Shown piece after piece: positions 9,881 through 19,846 of a stretch of 64,000 bases of DNA (its first letter is position 1; every line of letters starts with the position of its first letter). The notes beneath the pieces are model-generated. The model saw only the letters and a list, made by a program, of their open reading frames with translations. It was not told the DNA's origin and did no database searches. Location of the stretch: assembly GCA_034520945.1 (NCBI GenBank), contig JAXHNB010000009.1:1-64000 (forward strand), read 5' to 3'. Origin of the DNA: Trueperaceae bacterium. GTDB taxonomy: Bacteria; Deinococcota; Deinococci; Deinococcales; Trueperaceae. Position numbers and translations under genes: made by a program.

Positions 9881-9888
9881 TAACGCGT

Positions 9889-10968
9889 ATGGATTCGGTG
9901 CCCAGACCCCCGCCGCTGTTCCTGACCCTCGACCGGGAGCTTCCCGTGTCGATCCACGCGCAGTTGGTGGGCCAGATCGAGTACGGCGTGTCGTCGGGCC
10001 GGCTGCCGCCCGGCAGTCAGCTGCCCTCCGTACGGGAACTGGCCGAGCAACTCGCCGTGTCCCCCGTGACCGTGTCGCACGTGTTCCGTACCCTGCGCGA
10101 GCGCGACCTGATCGAGACCGTCCCCGGGCGCGGCACCTTCGTGGCGACCAAGCTGGACCGTCCCGGGACGGCGAGCTCCCACCTGCCGGCGCTGCATCGC
10201 GCCGTGGACGACCTGATCCGGGTCGCCGACGGGCGCGGCGTGTCCCGCGACGAGTTGGCCGGCATGGTCTCGCTCCGCCTGCGGCAGGACACGCCCCCGC
10301 CGGCGGCGGCGCTGCGGGTCCGCTTCGTCGGCATCTACGCCGAAGCAACGTGGGACTACGCCCGCGACGTGCAGCGCGCGCTGGGGCCGAACTGCCGCGT
10401 CGACGCCGTGTTGTTCGACGAGCTGCAGGGCGAACGCGGCGCCGCCACGCAGCCGCTGCAGGGGGCCGACCTGCTGTTGACCTTCCCCCACCGCCGCGCC
10501 GACCTGGAGCGGTTGGTGGGTGAGAGGCCGCCGATCGGCGTCGTCCGGTTCATCCCCAGCGCCCGGGTCCGCACCCGCCTGGCCGAGCTCTCCCCCTTCA
10601 CCCGCGTCGGGCTGGTCTCGGCCGTGCCGGAGTTCCTGCCCACGTTTCTCAAGGGCGTGCGTGGCTTCGCCCAGCACGTGCGGGAGATTCACGGCACGGT
10701 GCAGGGCGCGGACGACCTGGACGCCCTGCTGCAGGCCAGCGATCTGGTGATCTACGCCACCGGCACCGAGGAGGCCGCCCGGCACCTCCCCCCACAGGTG
10801 CCCAGCTTCGAGTACCGTCACGTGCCCGATCCCGTGTGGCTGGACGAGCACGTCGCCCCCCTGGTCGCCACGCTGGCCCGCCCACAACGCACCGCGGACG
10901 TCGCCCCGCCCGCACCCACCACCCCCCAGGACGCGGTGCCCGCGACGCGCCCGCGCTTTGACGAGTAG
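9889..10968 (+). CDS. GntR-family transcriptional regulator
   Basis: LPPGSQLPSVRELAEQLAVSPVTV...GRGTFV wHTH; long C-terminal effector region. Confidence 0.88.
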   Translation: MDSVPRPPPLFLTLDRELPVSIHAQLVGQIEYGVSSGRLPPGSQLPSVRELAEQLAVSPVTVSHVFRTLRERDLIETVPGRGTFVATKLDRPGTASSHLPALHRAVDDLIRVADGRGVSRDELAGMVSLRLRQDTPPPAAALRVRFVGIYAEATWDYARDVQRALGPNCRVDAVLFDELQGERGAATQPLQGADLLLTFPHRRADLERLVGERPPIGVVRFIPSARVRTRLAELSPFTRVGLVSAVPEFLPTFLKGVRGFAQHVREIHGTVQGADDLDALLQASDLVIYATGTEEAARHLPPQVPSFEYRHVPDPVWLDEHVAPLVATLARPQRTADVAPPAPTTPQDAVPATRPRFDE

Positions 10969-10986
10969 ACGAGTAGGAGACGACGC

Positions 10987-11691
10987 ATGCACGCCCACGA
11001 CATGACCTGGTTCGACATGGAGACCTACCTGGAGCGGGACGACCGCGCCGTCGTCCCGCTCGGCAGCCTGGAGCAACACGCCTACCTGAGCCTGGGGGTC
11101 GACAACCTTCTCTCGCAGCGCGTGGCGCGCGACGCCGCCGAGCCGCTCGGCGTGCCCGTGTTTCCGGGTGTGCCCTACGGGCTCACCCCCTACCAGACGG
11201 GCTATCCCGGCACGCTCACCCTGCGGATGGAGACCTACCTGCACCTGCTGCGCGACCTGATGGACGGCCTGGCCGGCCAGGGTTTCCGCCGCATCATCTT
11301 CGTCAACGGCCACGGCGGCAACGCCGGCTGCCGCGGGTTGCTGCAGGAATGGATGATGGACCACCCCGAGGTGACGGTGAAGTGGCACGACTGGTGGAGC
11401 GCGCCCCGGACCATGGCCAAGATCAAGGAGATCGATCCGGTCGCGTCGCACGCCTCCTGGATGGAGACGTTTCCGTGGACGCGCCTGGCGCACGCCGTGC
11501 CGCCAGAGGGGCAGAAACCGATGATCGACGTGGACGTACTGCGGATGTTGTCCCCCGCCCAGGTCCGCGACTACATGGGCGACGGCAACATGGGCGGCGT
11601 GTACGCCAAGCCGGACGAGACGATGGACGCGGTCTGGGCCGTCGGCGTCGAGGAGACGCGCGCGGCGATCGAAGGGCCGTGGGGCGCATGA
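10987..11691 (+). CDS. Creatininase / creatinine amidohydrolase family protein
   Basis: GSLEQH, NGHGGN and HASWMET metal-site motifs; AGGAG RBS. Confidence 0.88.
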   Translation: MHAHDMTWFDMETYLERDDRAVVPLGSLEQHAYLSLGVDNLLSQRVARDAAEPLGVPVFPGVPYGLTPYQTGYPGTLTLRMETYLHLLRDLMDGLAGQGFRRIIFVNGHGGNAGCRGLLQEWMMDHPEVTVKWHDWWSAPRTMAKIKEIDPVASHASWMETFPWTRLAHAVPPEGQKPMIDVDVLRMLSPAQVRDYMGDGNMGGVYAKPDETMDAVWAVGVEETRAAIEGPWGA

Positions 11692-11722
11692 GCGCTCACG
11701 ACCACCGCAGGGGGGCCGCGCC

Positions 11723-12742
11723 GTGCGCACGCTGATCTGGGGCGCCGGCGCGATCGGGGGCACGTTGGGCGCCTACGCCCTCCGCGCCGGACGCGAGCTG
11801 ACCTTCGTGGACGTGGACGAAGACCACGTCGCCGCCATTCGCGCCCACGGGCTGCACGTCACCGGCCCCGTCGATGACTTCACGGTGCCCGCCCGCGCCC
11901 TCCTGCCAAACGAGGTCACGGGCGAATGGGACGCGATCCTGTTGTGCACCAAGGCCCTCCACACCGAGGCGGCCGTGCGCGCGCTGACGCCCCACCTGGC
12001 CGAGGACGGCTTCGTGGTCTCGGTGCAGAACGGCCTGAACGAGTTCGTGATCGCCGAGCACGTCGGCCACGAACGCACCCTCGGCGCCTTCGTCAACTTC
12101 GGCGCCGACTACCTGGAGCCCGGCGTGATCCACTTCGGCGGGCGCGGCGCGGTGGTGGTCGGCGAACTGGACGGCCGCGCCAGCGAACGTCTGGACTGGC
12201 TGCTGGAGCTGATGCGCACCTTCGAGCCCGGCGCGGAAGCCACCCGTGATATCTGGTCCTACCTGTGGGGCAAGATGGGCTACGGCGCGATGTTGTTCGC
12301 CAGCGCGCTCACCAATGACAGCATCGCCGACGTGCTGGCCGCCCGCGAGGCACGACCGATCCTGGACGCACTGGCCCGCGAGGTGCTGGCCGTGGCGGCC
12401 GCCGAGGGCGTGACGCCGCGCGGCTTCAACGGCTTCGACCCCGCCGCGTTCGGGCCGTCCGGCAGCGACGCGGCCCGCGACGCGTCGTATCGGGCGATGG
12501 AGGCGCACAACCGCGGCTCCGCCAAGACGCACAGCGGCGTGTGGCGCGACCTGGCCGTCCGCAAGCGCAAGACCGAGGTGGACGCGCAGTTCGGCCCCAT
12601 CCTGGAGCGGGCGGAGGCGCACGGCATCCCCGTCCCCACCACGCGCCGCATGGTCGACCTGGTGCACGACGTCGAGACGGGGCGCCGCCCGCAGGACTGG
12701 GCGACGCTGATGGCCCTCTCCCCGCAATCGGACCCCGCATGA
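11723..12742 (+). CDS. Ketopantoate reductase (PanE/ApbA) family oxidoreductase
   Basis: IWGAGAIGG; SVQNGL; WRDL...KTEVD. Confidence 0.85.
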   Translation: MRTLIWGAGAIGGTLGAYALRAGRELTFVDVDEDHVAAIRAHGLHVTGPVDDFTVPARALLPNEVTGEWDAILLCTKALHTEAAVRALTPHLAEDGFVVSVQNGLNEFVIAEHVGHERTLGAFVNFGADYLEPGVIHFGGRGAVVVGELDGRASERLDWLLELMRTFEPGAEATRDIWSYLWGKMGYGAMLFASALTNDSIADVLAAREARPILDALAREVLAVAAAEGVTPRGFNGFDPAAFGPSGSDAARDASYRAMEAHNRGSAKTHSGVWRDLAVRKRKTEVDAQFGPILERAEAHGIPVPTTRRMVDLVHDVETGRRPQDWATLMALSPQSDPA

Positions 12743-13524
12743 GCGCAGGCGCCATGAACATCCGCTTCGACGGGCGGACCGCCCTGGTCACCGGCGCCGC
12801 GCACGGCATCGGCCGCGCCATCGCGCTGGCCTTCGCCCGCCTGGGCGCGCACGTGTTCGCGTCCGACGTCAATGAGGGCGAACTGGCCGAGACGCAGCGG
12901 CAGGCGCGCGAGGCGGGCACACCGCTCGAGGTCGCCCGCGTGGACGTCACCGACCGTAATGCGGTCACCTCCTGGGTGGACGACGCCGCGGCCCGGCACG
13001 GCCGGCTGGACGTGCTGGTCAACGACGCCGGCGGGGTGTTGGGGCAGGTCGGACGACCGGTCGAGGAGGTGTCCAGCGAGGACTGGCGCGCCATCTTCGC
13101 CGCCAACCTGGACGGCGCCTTCCACACCAGCGCCGCCGCCACGCCGCACTTCAAGCAGGCCGGCAGCGGCCGGATCGTGAACGTCTCGAGCGGCGCCGGC
13201 CTCGGGGTGAGCCTGACCGGCATCCAGGCGTACGCCTCCGCCAAGGCCGGCCTGATCGGGCTCACCCGGCAACTGGCGCACGAACTGGGACCGCACGGCG
13301 TCACGGTCAACTGCGTGGCGCCGGGGTTCGTGCGCTCGAACCCCACCACCGAGGCGCAGTGGCAGTCGTACGGCGAGGAGGGGCAGGCCCGGCTGCTGCA
13401 GAGCCTGGCCCTTCGGCGGCTCGGCTCGGCGGACGATATCGCGCACGGCGCGCTGTTCCTGGCGTCGGACCTGGCCGGCTGGGTCACCGGCCAGACGCTC
13501 GCGATCGACGGAGGACGCCTGTGA
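12739..13524 (+). CDS. Short-chain dehydrogenase/reductase
   Basis: TGAAHGIG; YASAK; VNCVAPG; ATGA overlap with the previous gene. Confidence 0.9.
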   Translation: MSAGAMNIRFDGRTALVTGAAHGIGRAIALAFARLGAHVFASDVNEGELAETQRQAREAGTPLEVARVDVTDRNAVTSWVDDAAARHGRLDVLVNDAGGVLGQVGRPVEEVSSEDWRAIFAANLDGAFHTSAAATPHFKQAGSGRIVNVSSGAGLGVSLTGIQAYASAKAGLIGLTRQLAHELGPHGVTVNCVAPGFVRSNPTTEAQWQSYGEEGQARLLQSLALRRLGSADDIAHGALFLASDLAGWVTGQTLAIDGGRL

Positions 13525-14948
13525 CGCACGACCTGGACGCGGTCCTGGGCGAGCTGCAGGCGAACCTGGAGGCGTATCGCGCCGAGCTGGCCACCTTCAT
13601 CGCCATCCCCACCGTCTCCACCGACCCAGACCACGCCGGCGACGTGGAACGCGGGGCGCAGTGGGTGGCCGACCGCCTCCGCGCGGCCGGCGACATCGCG
13701 GTCGAGGTCGTCCACACCGGCCACCACCCGGCCGTGCTGGGACGCTGGGACGGCGCGGAGGACGCCCCCACCGTGCTGGTGTACGGGCATTTGGACGTGC
13801 AACCCCCCGACCCGCTGGAGGCGTGGCACTCCCCCCCGTTCGAACTGACCGAGCGTGACGGGCGTTGGTACGCGCGGGGCGTGTCCGACGACAAGGCGTC
13901 GATGCTGATCCCGATCCTGGTCGCGGAGGCGTTCTTCCAACGCGGCGCCCCGCCCGTGAACCTGCGCTTCTTGTTCGAAGCGGAGGAGGAGATCGGCAGC
14001 CCCAGCCTTCCTGGGCTGGTCCGGAAGCGCGCCGATGACCTCGCCTGCGACGTGGCCCTCTCCGCCGACGGGGGCATGTGGCGCGCCGACCTGCCCAGCC
14101 TCACCACCCGCGCCCGCGGCCTTACGGCCCTCGAAGTGCAGGTCGAGGGGCCAGGCAAGGACCTGCACTCCGGGCGGCACGGCGGCGCGGTGCACAACCC
14201 TCTGCACGCGCTGGTGGATCTGCTGTCCGGCCTTCACGACGCCGACGGCCGCGTCGCGGTGGCAGGCTTCTACGACGACGTCCTGCCGCCGGACGCGGAC
14301 AGCCTGGCCGCCGTCGAGGCGCTGCCGTTCGACGACGACGACTATCTGCGGGAGGTCGGCGCACCCGCCCCCTACGGCGAGGTGGGCTTCGGCACGCTGG
14401 CCCGGCGCTGGCTCCGCCCCACCCTGGAGCTGAACGGCGTCGCGGGCGGCTACCAAGGGCCCGGCATCAAAACCGTCCTCCCTCGGGAGGCTTCGGCGAA
14501 GATCACCTGCCGCCTGGTGCCGAACCAAGAGCCCGAAACGGTGCTGGCACGGGTCAGGCAGCACCTCGAGGCGGCCGCCCCGCCCAGCGTGCGGGTGCAG
14601 GTGACGCTGGACGAGACGGGCGCTCGGGCGTACGCCATGACGCCGGACCATCCCGCCTTGCGGGTGGCCGAAGAGGTCCTGGAGCACGTGTTCGGTCGGG
14701 CGCCGGTGCGGGTCGGCATGGGCGGCAGCGTGCCGATCCTGACCACCTTCCGAGAGGCGCTCGGGGTCGACACGCTGTTCTTCTCGTTCAGCACCTCTGA
14801 TGAGGACATTCACGCCCCCAACGAGTTCTACCGCCCCGAACGGTTCGCGGCCGGCCTGCAGGCGTGGGCGCGGCTGTGGGACGGCCTGGCGCGGTCGCCG
14901 GACGTGAAGCGCGCGGCCGCGGGCGAAGAGAACGGACCGTCCACGTGA
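13521..14948 (+). CDS. M20-family dipeptidase / amidohydrolase
   Basis: YGHLDVQP, RGVSDDK, EAEEEIGS, DLHSG, HAPNE. Confidence 0.9.
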   Translation: MTHDLDAVLGELQANLEAYRAELATFIAIPTVSTDPDHAGDVERGAQWVADRLRAAGDIAVEVVHTGHHPAVLGRWDGAEDAPTVLVYGHLDVQPPDPLEAWHSPPFELTERDGRWYARGVSDDKASMLIPILVAEAFFQRGAPPVNLRFLFEAEEEIGSPSLPGLVRKRADDLACDVALSADGGMWRADLPSLTTRARGLTALEVQVEGPGKDLHSGRHGGAVHNPLHALVDLLSGLHDADGRVAVAGFYDDVLPPDADSLAAVEALPFDDDDYLREVGAPAPYGEVGFGTLARRWLRPTLELNGVAGGYQGPGIKTVLPREASAKITCRLVPNQEPETVLARVRQHLEAAAPPSVRVQVTLDETGARAYAMTPDHPALRVAEEVLEHVFGRAPVRVGMGGSVPILTTFREALGVDTLFFSFSTSDEDIHAPNEFYRPERFAAGLQAWARLWDGLARSPDVKRAAAGEENGPST

Positions 14949-15595
14949 CGGACCGCGGCGCCGCGGCGAAGGCCGGCGGCACAGGAGACGTGTCGGCGAC
15001 CGAGGTGGCGGACCGCCTCCGTGAACGCCTCGGCGAAGGCGACCTGGCGTGCCTGCTGTGCGACCACGGGGCCGCCCGACCCGTGCCGGAGACCGGCGGG
15101 GTGCGCTTCGGGCCCGCCACCTTCGCTGGCGTAGCCAAGACGGTTCGCGCCCCCGGCGGCGCGCTCGCGGCCGTCCGGCGCGCCGTGCGCGAGCCGTGCG
15201 ACGGCCACGTGCTCCTGCTGCACTCGAGCGGCGAACCGGCGGTGTGGGGCGGCCGCCTGAACGCCGCGGCGCGTACCGCCGGCGCCGCCGGCGTCGTGGT
15301 GGTGGGCCGCGTCCGGGACGTGCCCACCCTGCGGGCCTCGTCGCTCGGGATCGTCGCCTCGGGCGTCGCGCCGCATCGCAGCGACGCGGACGACCCGGGC
15401 GAGGTGGACGTGGCACTGCATGTGGGCCGAACGCACGTGAACCCGGGCGACGTGCTGCTGGCGGACGAGAACGGCGTCGTCGCGATCGCGCCGAGCGCGT
15501 TCGCCATGGTCGTGCGCCAGCTGGACGACTGGATTCGCGAGGAACGGGCGGCCGACGAGGCGGGCCCCTCGGGCACCGAGGGGAACGCGCGCTGA
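14945..15595 (+). CDS. RraA / HMG-aldolase-like protein
   Basis: AVWGG; GVVVVGRVRD; VNPGDVLLADENGVV. Confidence 0.75.
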   Translation: MTDRGAAAKAGGTGDVSATEVADRLRERLGEGDLACLLCDHGAARPVPETGGVRFGPATFAGVAKTVRAPGGALAAVRRAVREPCDGHVLLLHSSGEPAVWGGRLNAAARTAGAAGVVVVGRVRDVPTLRASSLGIVASGVAPHRSDADDPGEVDVALHVGRTHVNPGDVLLADENGVVAIAPSAFAMVVRQLDDWIREERAADEAGPSGTEGNAR

Positions 15596-15681
15596 GGGGT
15601 CGCAGGACCCGGCCGGATCGCACCCCGCGGCCGTCGTACCGCCGTGCGGAAAATCCCGCCCCCACGGCGGTACCATGCGAC

Positions 15682-16434
15682 ATGCGTTCGACATGTAGAA
15701 GCCGGCTCGTCGTCCCGGTCCTGCTGGCGCTCCTGTGGGCATGCGCCGGCAGCGCCGCCGCGCAATGGTCGGTGGAGATCTACACCGGCTCGTCGTCCAC
15801 CCTGCCCACCACGCTCGAACTCCGCCAGGAGGGCCACCCCGACACCGTGATCACGGGGGTTCGCTACGAGACGCGCCCCTGGAACCACTTCGAGTCGCTG
15901 GCGCTGCTGACCGAGAACTACTACATGGTTCGCGCCGGGTACCTGACGCCGCTCTCGCCGGTGCAGGACACCCGCCTGGGTGTCGAACTCGAGGTGCTGC
16001 ACGACAAGGCGTACTACCGCTCCGGCCATGATCCCGGCGGCGTGGTGCAGCACTTCGAGCTGTCGGACGGCGTGGTCTACGTGCTGGCGAACGCCTCGCT
16101 GGTGCACCCCGTGGCGCGGGACGACGCCTTCCCGCGCGGGCGGGTGCAGGTGGTCGGCCGGGTCGGTGCGGGACCGGTCATCACCAAGCCGGCCTCCACC
16201 ATTCGCGGCGAGGGACTGGGGCACGACATCCACGGCACCTGGACCGGGTACGAAGTGGCGGGCTTCGGCGGGCAGGCCGCGGCGCAGGTCCGCGTCTTCC
16301 TCACGCCATGGCTCACCACCGGCATGGAGACCAAGTTCAGCTACGCCGACGTGACGCAGCGCATCGCGGGCGGCACCTCGCGCACCACCCTGCCGAGCGT
16401 GCACCTCACCTTCGGGCTCGGCGTGGTGCACTGA
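15682..16434 (+). CDS. Outer-membrane beta-barrel protein (LpxQ-like motif pattern)
   Basis: Signal peptide; alternating beta strands; C-terminal VHLTFGLGVVH; TACCAT 5 nt before the ATG. Confidence 0.65.
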   Translation: MRSTCRSRLVVPVLLALLWACAGSAAAQWSVEIYTGSSSTLPTTLELRQEGHPDTVITGVRYETRPWNHFESLALLTENYYMVRAGYLTPLSPVQDTRLGVELEVLHDKAYYRSGHDPGGVVQHFELSDGVVYVLANASLVHPVARDDAFPRGRVQVVGRVGAGPVITKPASTIRGEGLGHDIHGTWTGYEVAGFGGQAAAQVRVFLTPWLTTGMETKFSYADVTQRIAGGTSRTTLPSVHLTFGLGVVH

Positions 16435-16459
16435 CCCAGCTGCGCTCCGAGCCACCTCG

Positions 16460-17677
16460 TCACGACAGCAGCGGCGCGAGTTGCCCCGCGAGGTGCTCCC
16501 CGATCGCCAGCGACGCCGTCGCAGCGGGCGACGGCGCGTTGAGGACGTGCAGCGCGTCGGCGGTGCGCACCACGTGGAAGTCGTCCACCAGCCGGCCGTG
16601 GCCGTCCACCGCCTGCGCCCGCACGCCCGCCCCGCCCGTCCGCACCTCGTCGGCGCGAAGGTCGGGCATCAGCCGTTGCAGCGAACGCACGAACGCGCGG
16701 CGGTTCAGCGAGCGCGCCACCTCGTACGCCCCCGTCCCGCCGTACCGCGCCGCCAAGCGCCAGAAACCCGGATACGCCAACGTGTGCGCCAGATCGAAGC
16801 CGTTCACGTCGCGCCAACGGTAGCCCTCCCGCGCGAAGGCCAGCACCGCGTTCGGACCGGCCTCTACCTCGCCGTGCACGGTGCGGGTGACGTGCACGCC
16901 CAGGAACGGCAGGTCCGGGTCCGGCACGGGGTAGATCAGACCCCGCACGCGGGCGGCGGCGTCGGGCCGGAGCATCACGTACTCCCCGCGGAACGGCACG
17001 ATCCGCACGCCGGGGTCCACGCCGGCCAGGCGGGCGAAGCGATCGGCGTGCAGCCCGGCGCAGCCCACCAGGCGGGCGGTGCGCACCTCGCCGCGCGGGG
17101 TGTCGAGGCGGAGGCCGGCCGCGTCGCGGTCCACAGCACGGACGGGCGCGCCGGTGAGGATGCGGACGCCGTCTGCGTCGAGGTCGTGCGCCAGGGCGCG
17201 GCTGACGGCGGTGAAGTCGGTAATCGCGGTGTGCGGCGAGTGAATGGCGGCCAGGCCGGCGGCGTGCGGCTCCAGCCGGCGCAGTTCGCCTCCGTCGATA
17301 CGCCGGACGTCGGGGACGCCGTTCTGCACGGCCCGCTGATGCAACGCCTCCAGGCGTGGCAGGTCCGCTTCGCGGGTGGCGGTCACCACCTTGCCGCACG
17401 CCTGGTAGGGCAGGTCGTGCGCGCGGCAGAACGCGCGCAGCATGCGGCCGCCCTGCATGCACAGGCGCGCCTTGAGCGAGCCGGGCCGGTAGTACAACCC
17501 GGCGTGCACCACCCCGCTGTTGTGGCCCGTCTGGTGGCGGGCCAGCTGGTCCTCCTTCTCCAGCAGCACCAGCCGCAACTGCGGCCAGCGGGCCCGTACG
17601 GCGCGGGCGGTCGCCAGGCCGACGATGCCGCCGCCAATGACCGCCAGGTCGGCCTCGATTCGCTCCGTTCGGGTCAC
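16460..17677 (-). CDS. lhgO: L-2-hydroxyglutarate oxidase
   Basis: IGGGIVGLA; HQTGHNSGVVHAGLYYRPGSLKA; PFLGVH; NAPSPAATASL. Confidence 0.88.
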   Translation of the reverse strand: MTRTERIEADLAVIGGGIVGLATARAVRARWPQLRLVLLEKEDQLARHQTGHNSGVVHAGLYYRPGSLKARLCMQGGRMLRAFCRAHDLPYQACGKVVTATREADLPRLEALHQRAVQNGVPDVRRIDGGELRRLEPHAAGLAAIHSPHTAITDFTAVSRALAHDLDADGVRILTGAPVRAVDRDAAGLRLDTPRGEVRTARLVGCAGLHADRFARLAGVDPGVRIVPFRGEYVMLRPDAAARVRGLIYPVPDPDLPFLGVHVTRTVHGEVEAGPNAVLAFAREGYRWRDVNGFDLAHTLAYPGFWRLAARYGGTGAYEVARSLNRRAFVRSLQRLMPDLRADEVRTGGAGVRAQAVDGHGRLVDDFHVVRTADALHVLNAPSPAATASLAIGEHLAGQLAPLLS

Positions 17678-17693
17678 GGATGCGGCGCGTGCG

Positions 17694-18560
17694 TCACGCC
17701 CGCGCCCCTTCGGCCCGCACGGGATTGTGGACCTCGCCCACGCCGGTCACGACGCAGCCTATGGTGTCGCCGTCCGCCAGGACCGCGGCGCCGGGCGTGC
17801 CGGTCGAGATCATGTCGCCCGGTTCGAGGGTGGAGACGTGCGAGAAGAACGACACCAGCTCCCAGGGGCCGAAACGCATGTGCGCGACCGTGTCGCGCCG
17901 GTGCTCGCGCGATCCGTGCAGGGTGGCGACCTCCACCTTCGTGATGTCGGGCACTTCGTCCACGCTGACCATCTCGGCCCCGACCGACAGGAAGGTGTCG
18001 AACGACTTGGCGCGGGTCAGGAAGCGCGGGTTGCGCTGCAGGATGTCCTCCGCCGTCATGTCGATCACCGCCACCAGCCCGGCCACGACCGAGGGCGCAT
18101 CCGCCGCAGGCACGTCTCGGCAGCGCCGCCCGATCACCAGCGCCAGTTCGGCCTCGCCGGTGGTGCGCTGGCTGGCGCGGGGGATCACGATCTCGTCGCC
18201 GGGGCCAACGATCGTGGTGGCCGGCTTCATGAAGGTGGCGGGTTCGCTGGGGCGTTCCTCGCCCAGGTCGCCGGCGTGCGCCTGGTAGTTCAGCCCCACG
18301 CCGAGGATCTTGGGGGGGTGCAGCAGCAGCGGGGCGGGCCGGACGTCGTCGCCGAGCCGCTCGGCCTCCCGTACGGCGTCCTCGTGGGCGTCGAGCCAGG
18401 CCCGCAGCTCCCCCAGGCGGCCGCTGGCGAGGAGGTCGTCGACGGTGATGGGCCACAGCGTGCCGGCCGTCCGGTTCAGGGTACGCAACGACACCCGGCC
18501 TTCGGGTACGACCACGCCCGCACGCGGGCCGCCCGGCGTATGAAAGCTGCAGAGGCGCAT
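17694..18560 (-). CDS. Fumarylacetoacetate hydrolase family protein
   Basis: GVGLNYQAH; EAELALVIG; RAKSFDTF; LEPGDMISTGTPG. Confidence 0.88.
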   Translation of the reverse strand: MRLCSFHTPGGPRAGVVVPEGRVSLRTLNRTAGTLWPITVDDLLASGRLGELRAWLDAHEDAVREAERLGDDVRPAPLLLHPPKILGVGLNYQAHAGDLGEERPSEPATFMKPATTIVGPGDEIVIPRASQRTTGEAELALVIGRRCRDVPAADAPSVVAGLVAVIDMTAEDILQRNPRFLTRAKSFDTFLSVGAEMVSVDEVPDITKVEVATLHGSREHRRDTVAHMRFGPWELVSFFSHVSTLEPGDMISTGTPGAAVLADGDTIGCVVTGVGEVHNPVRAEGARA

Positions 18561-18637
18561 GCATGATTGTCGCATCCTCGGCCGCCATTCGGCGCCCCTC
18601 GGCGTCGCTCGCAGCGTCGGCCGCGCCACTCGGGGCG

Positions 18638-19672
18638 CTACGGGATCAGCAACGTCACGCCCTCCGCCGCGAACGACCCCATGCCCTCCATCGCCGGGTG
18701 CGCCTCGCGCAACGGCCGGCGGGCGCGGATCAGCGCCTCCACCGGAACCTGCCGGGTTTCGATGAAGCGGAGCATGTCGGCGTAGCGCCAGGCCTGCATC
18801 CCGTGGCTGCCCAGCAGGGTGAGCTCGCGGCGGATCACCTCGAACATGGGGACGGGCGGGGCGGCCTCGTCGCCCAGCAGCAAGCCCAACTGCAGGTGAC
18901 GGCCGCGCCTGCGCACCGACCGGACCGCCTGCGCGCAGGTGTCGGCGCTGCCCAGCGCGTCGATCGCGACGTGCGCCCCGCCGTCGCTGGCGTCGCGGAC
19001 GGCGCCGATGGGGTCCTCGTCGCGGGCGTTCACGCACGTGGCCGCGCCGAAGGTGCGGGCCAGCGCCAACGCTTCCTCCCGCACGTCCACGGCGACCACC
19101 CGCGCGCCGACCGCGACGCCGACCATCACCGCTGAGAGGCCCACCCCGCCGCAGCCGTACACCGCCAGCGCCTCGCCGGGCGCCAGTCGCGCCTTGTCGA
19201 CCAGGCCGCCGTACGCCGTCATGAAGCGGCACCCCAGGGCGGCGGCGACCTCGAACGAGACGGCCTCCGGCAACGACACCAGGTTGACGTCGGCCCACGG
19301 GACCGCCACGTACTGCGCGAAGCTGCCCCAGCCGTCGAACCCGGGCTGGTATTCGACGTCGCACAGGTTCTGATGCCCCGAGCGGCAGGTGGCGCACCGG
19401 CCGCAGCCGCAGCAGAACGGCGCCGTCACCCGCTCGCCGCCGTGGAACGCCTGAACCTCCGCCCCGACGCTTCGCACCACCCCCGCGAACTCGTGTCCCG
19501 GCACGTGCGGGAACGACACGCTGGGGTCGTGCCCGACCCAGGCGTGCCAGTCGCTCCTACACACGCCGGTGGCCCGCACTTCGATCACGGCCCCGTGCGG
19601 CGGCGGTTCGGGGTCGGGCGCGTCGCGATACGTCAAGGGGGCGTTCGGGGCGTCGACGAGGATGGCGTTCAT
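18638..19672 (-). CDS. Zinc-dependent alcohol dehydrogenase family protein
   Basis: GVCRSDWH; PGHEFAG; CGRCATC...C structural zinc; GCGGVG. Confidence 0.9.
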   Translation of the reverse strand: MNAILVDAPNAPLTYRDAPDPEPPPHGAVIEVRATGVCRSDWHAWVGHDPSVSFPHVPGHEFAGVVRSVGAEVQAFHGGERVTAPFCCGCGRCATCRSGHQNLCDVEYQPGFDGWGSFAQYVAVPWADVNLVSLPEAVSFEVAAALGCRFMTAYGGLVDKARLAPGEALAVYGCGGVGLSAVMVGVAVGARVVAVDVREEALALARTFGAATCVNARDEDPIGAVRDASDGGAHVAIDALGSADTCAQAVRSVRRRGRHLQLGLLLGDEAAPPVPMFEVIRRELTLLGSHGMQAWRYADMLRFIETRQVPVEALIRARRPLREAHPAMEGMGSFAAEGVTLLIP

Positions 19673-19778
19673 GGTGTCTCGATGGTACGCCGCACGGGGC
19701 GGCGCGTGGCGCGTGCGCCCAGCCGGCGGCCAAGACGTGCGCAAGCGCAGGGCGTGCGTCGGGCGGCACCCCATGAAC

Positions 19779-19810
19779 CGGCCCCTTCGCACGGGTCGGC
19801 GAAGGGGCCG
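19779..19810 (-). terminator. Stem-loop downstream of the LysM lipoprotein gene
   Basis: 12-bp stem CGGCCCCTTCGC / GCGAAGGGGCCG; weak U-tract. Confidence 0.55.
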
Positions 19811-19846
19811 TCGGGTTGGACCGGCGCACGCGTCAGCCGTTCGGGC

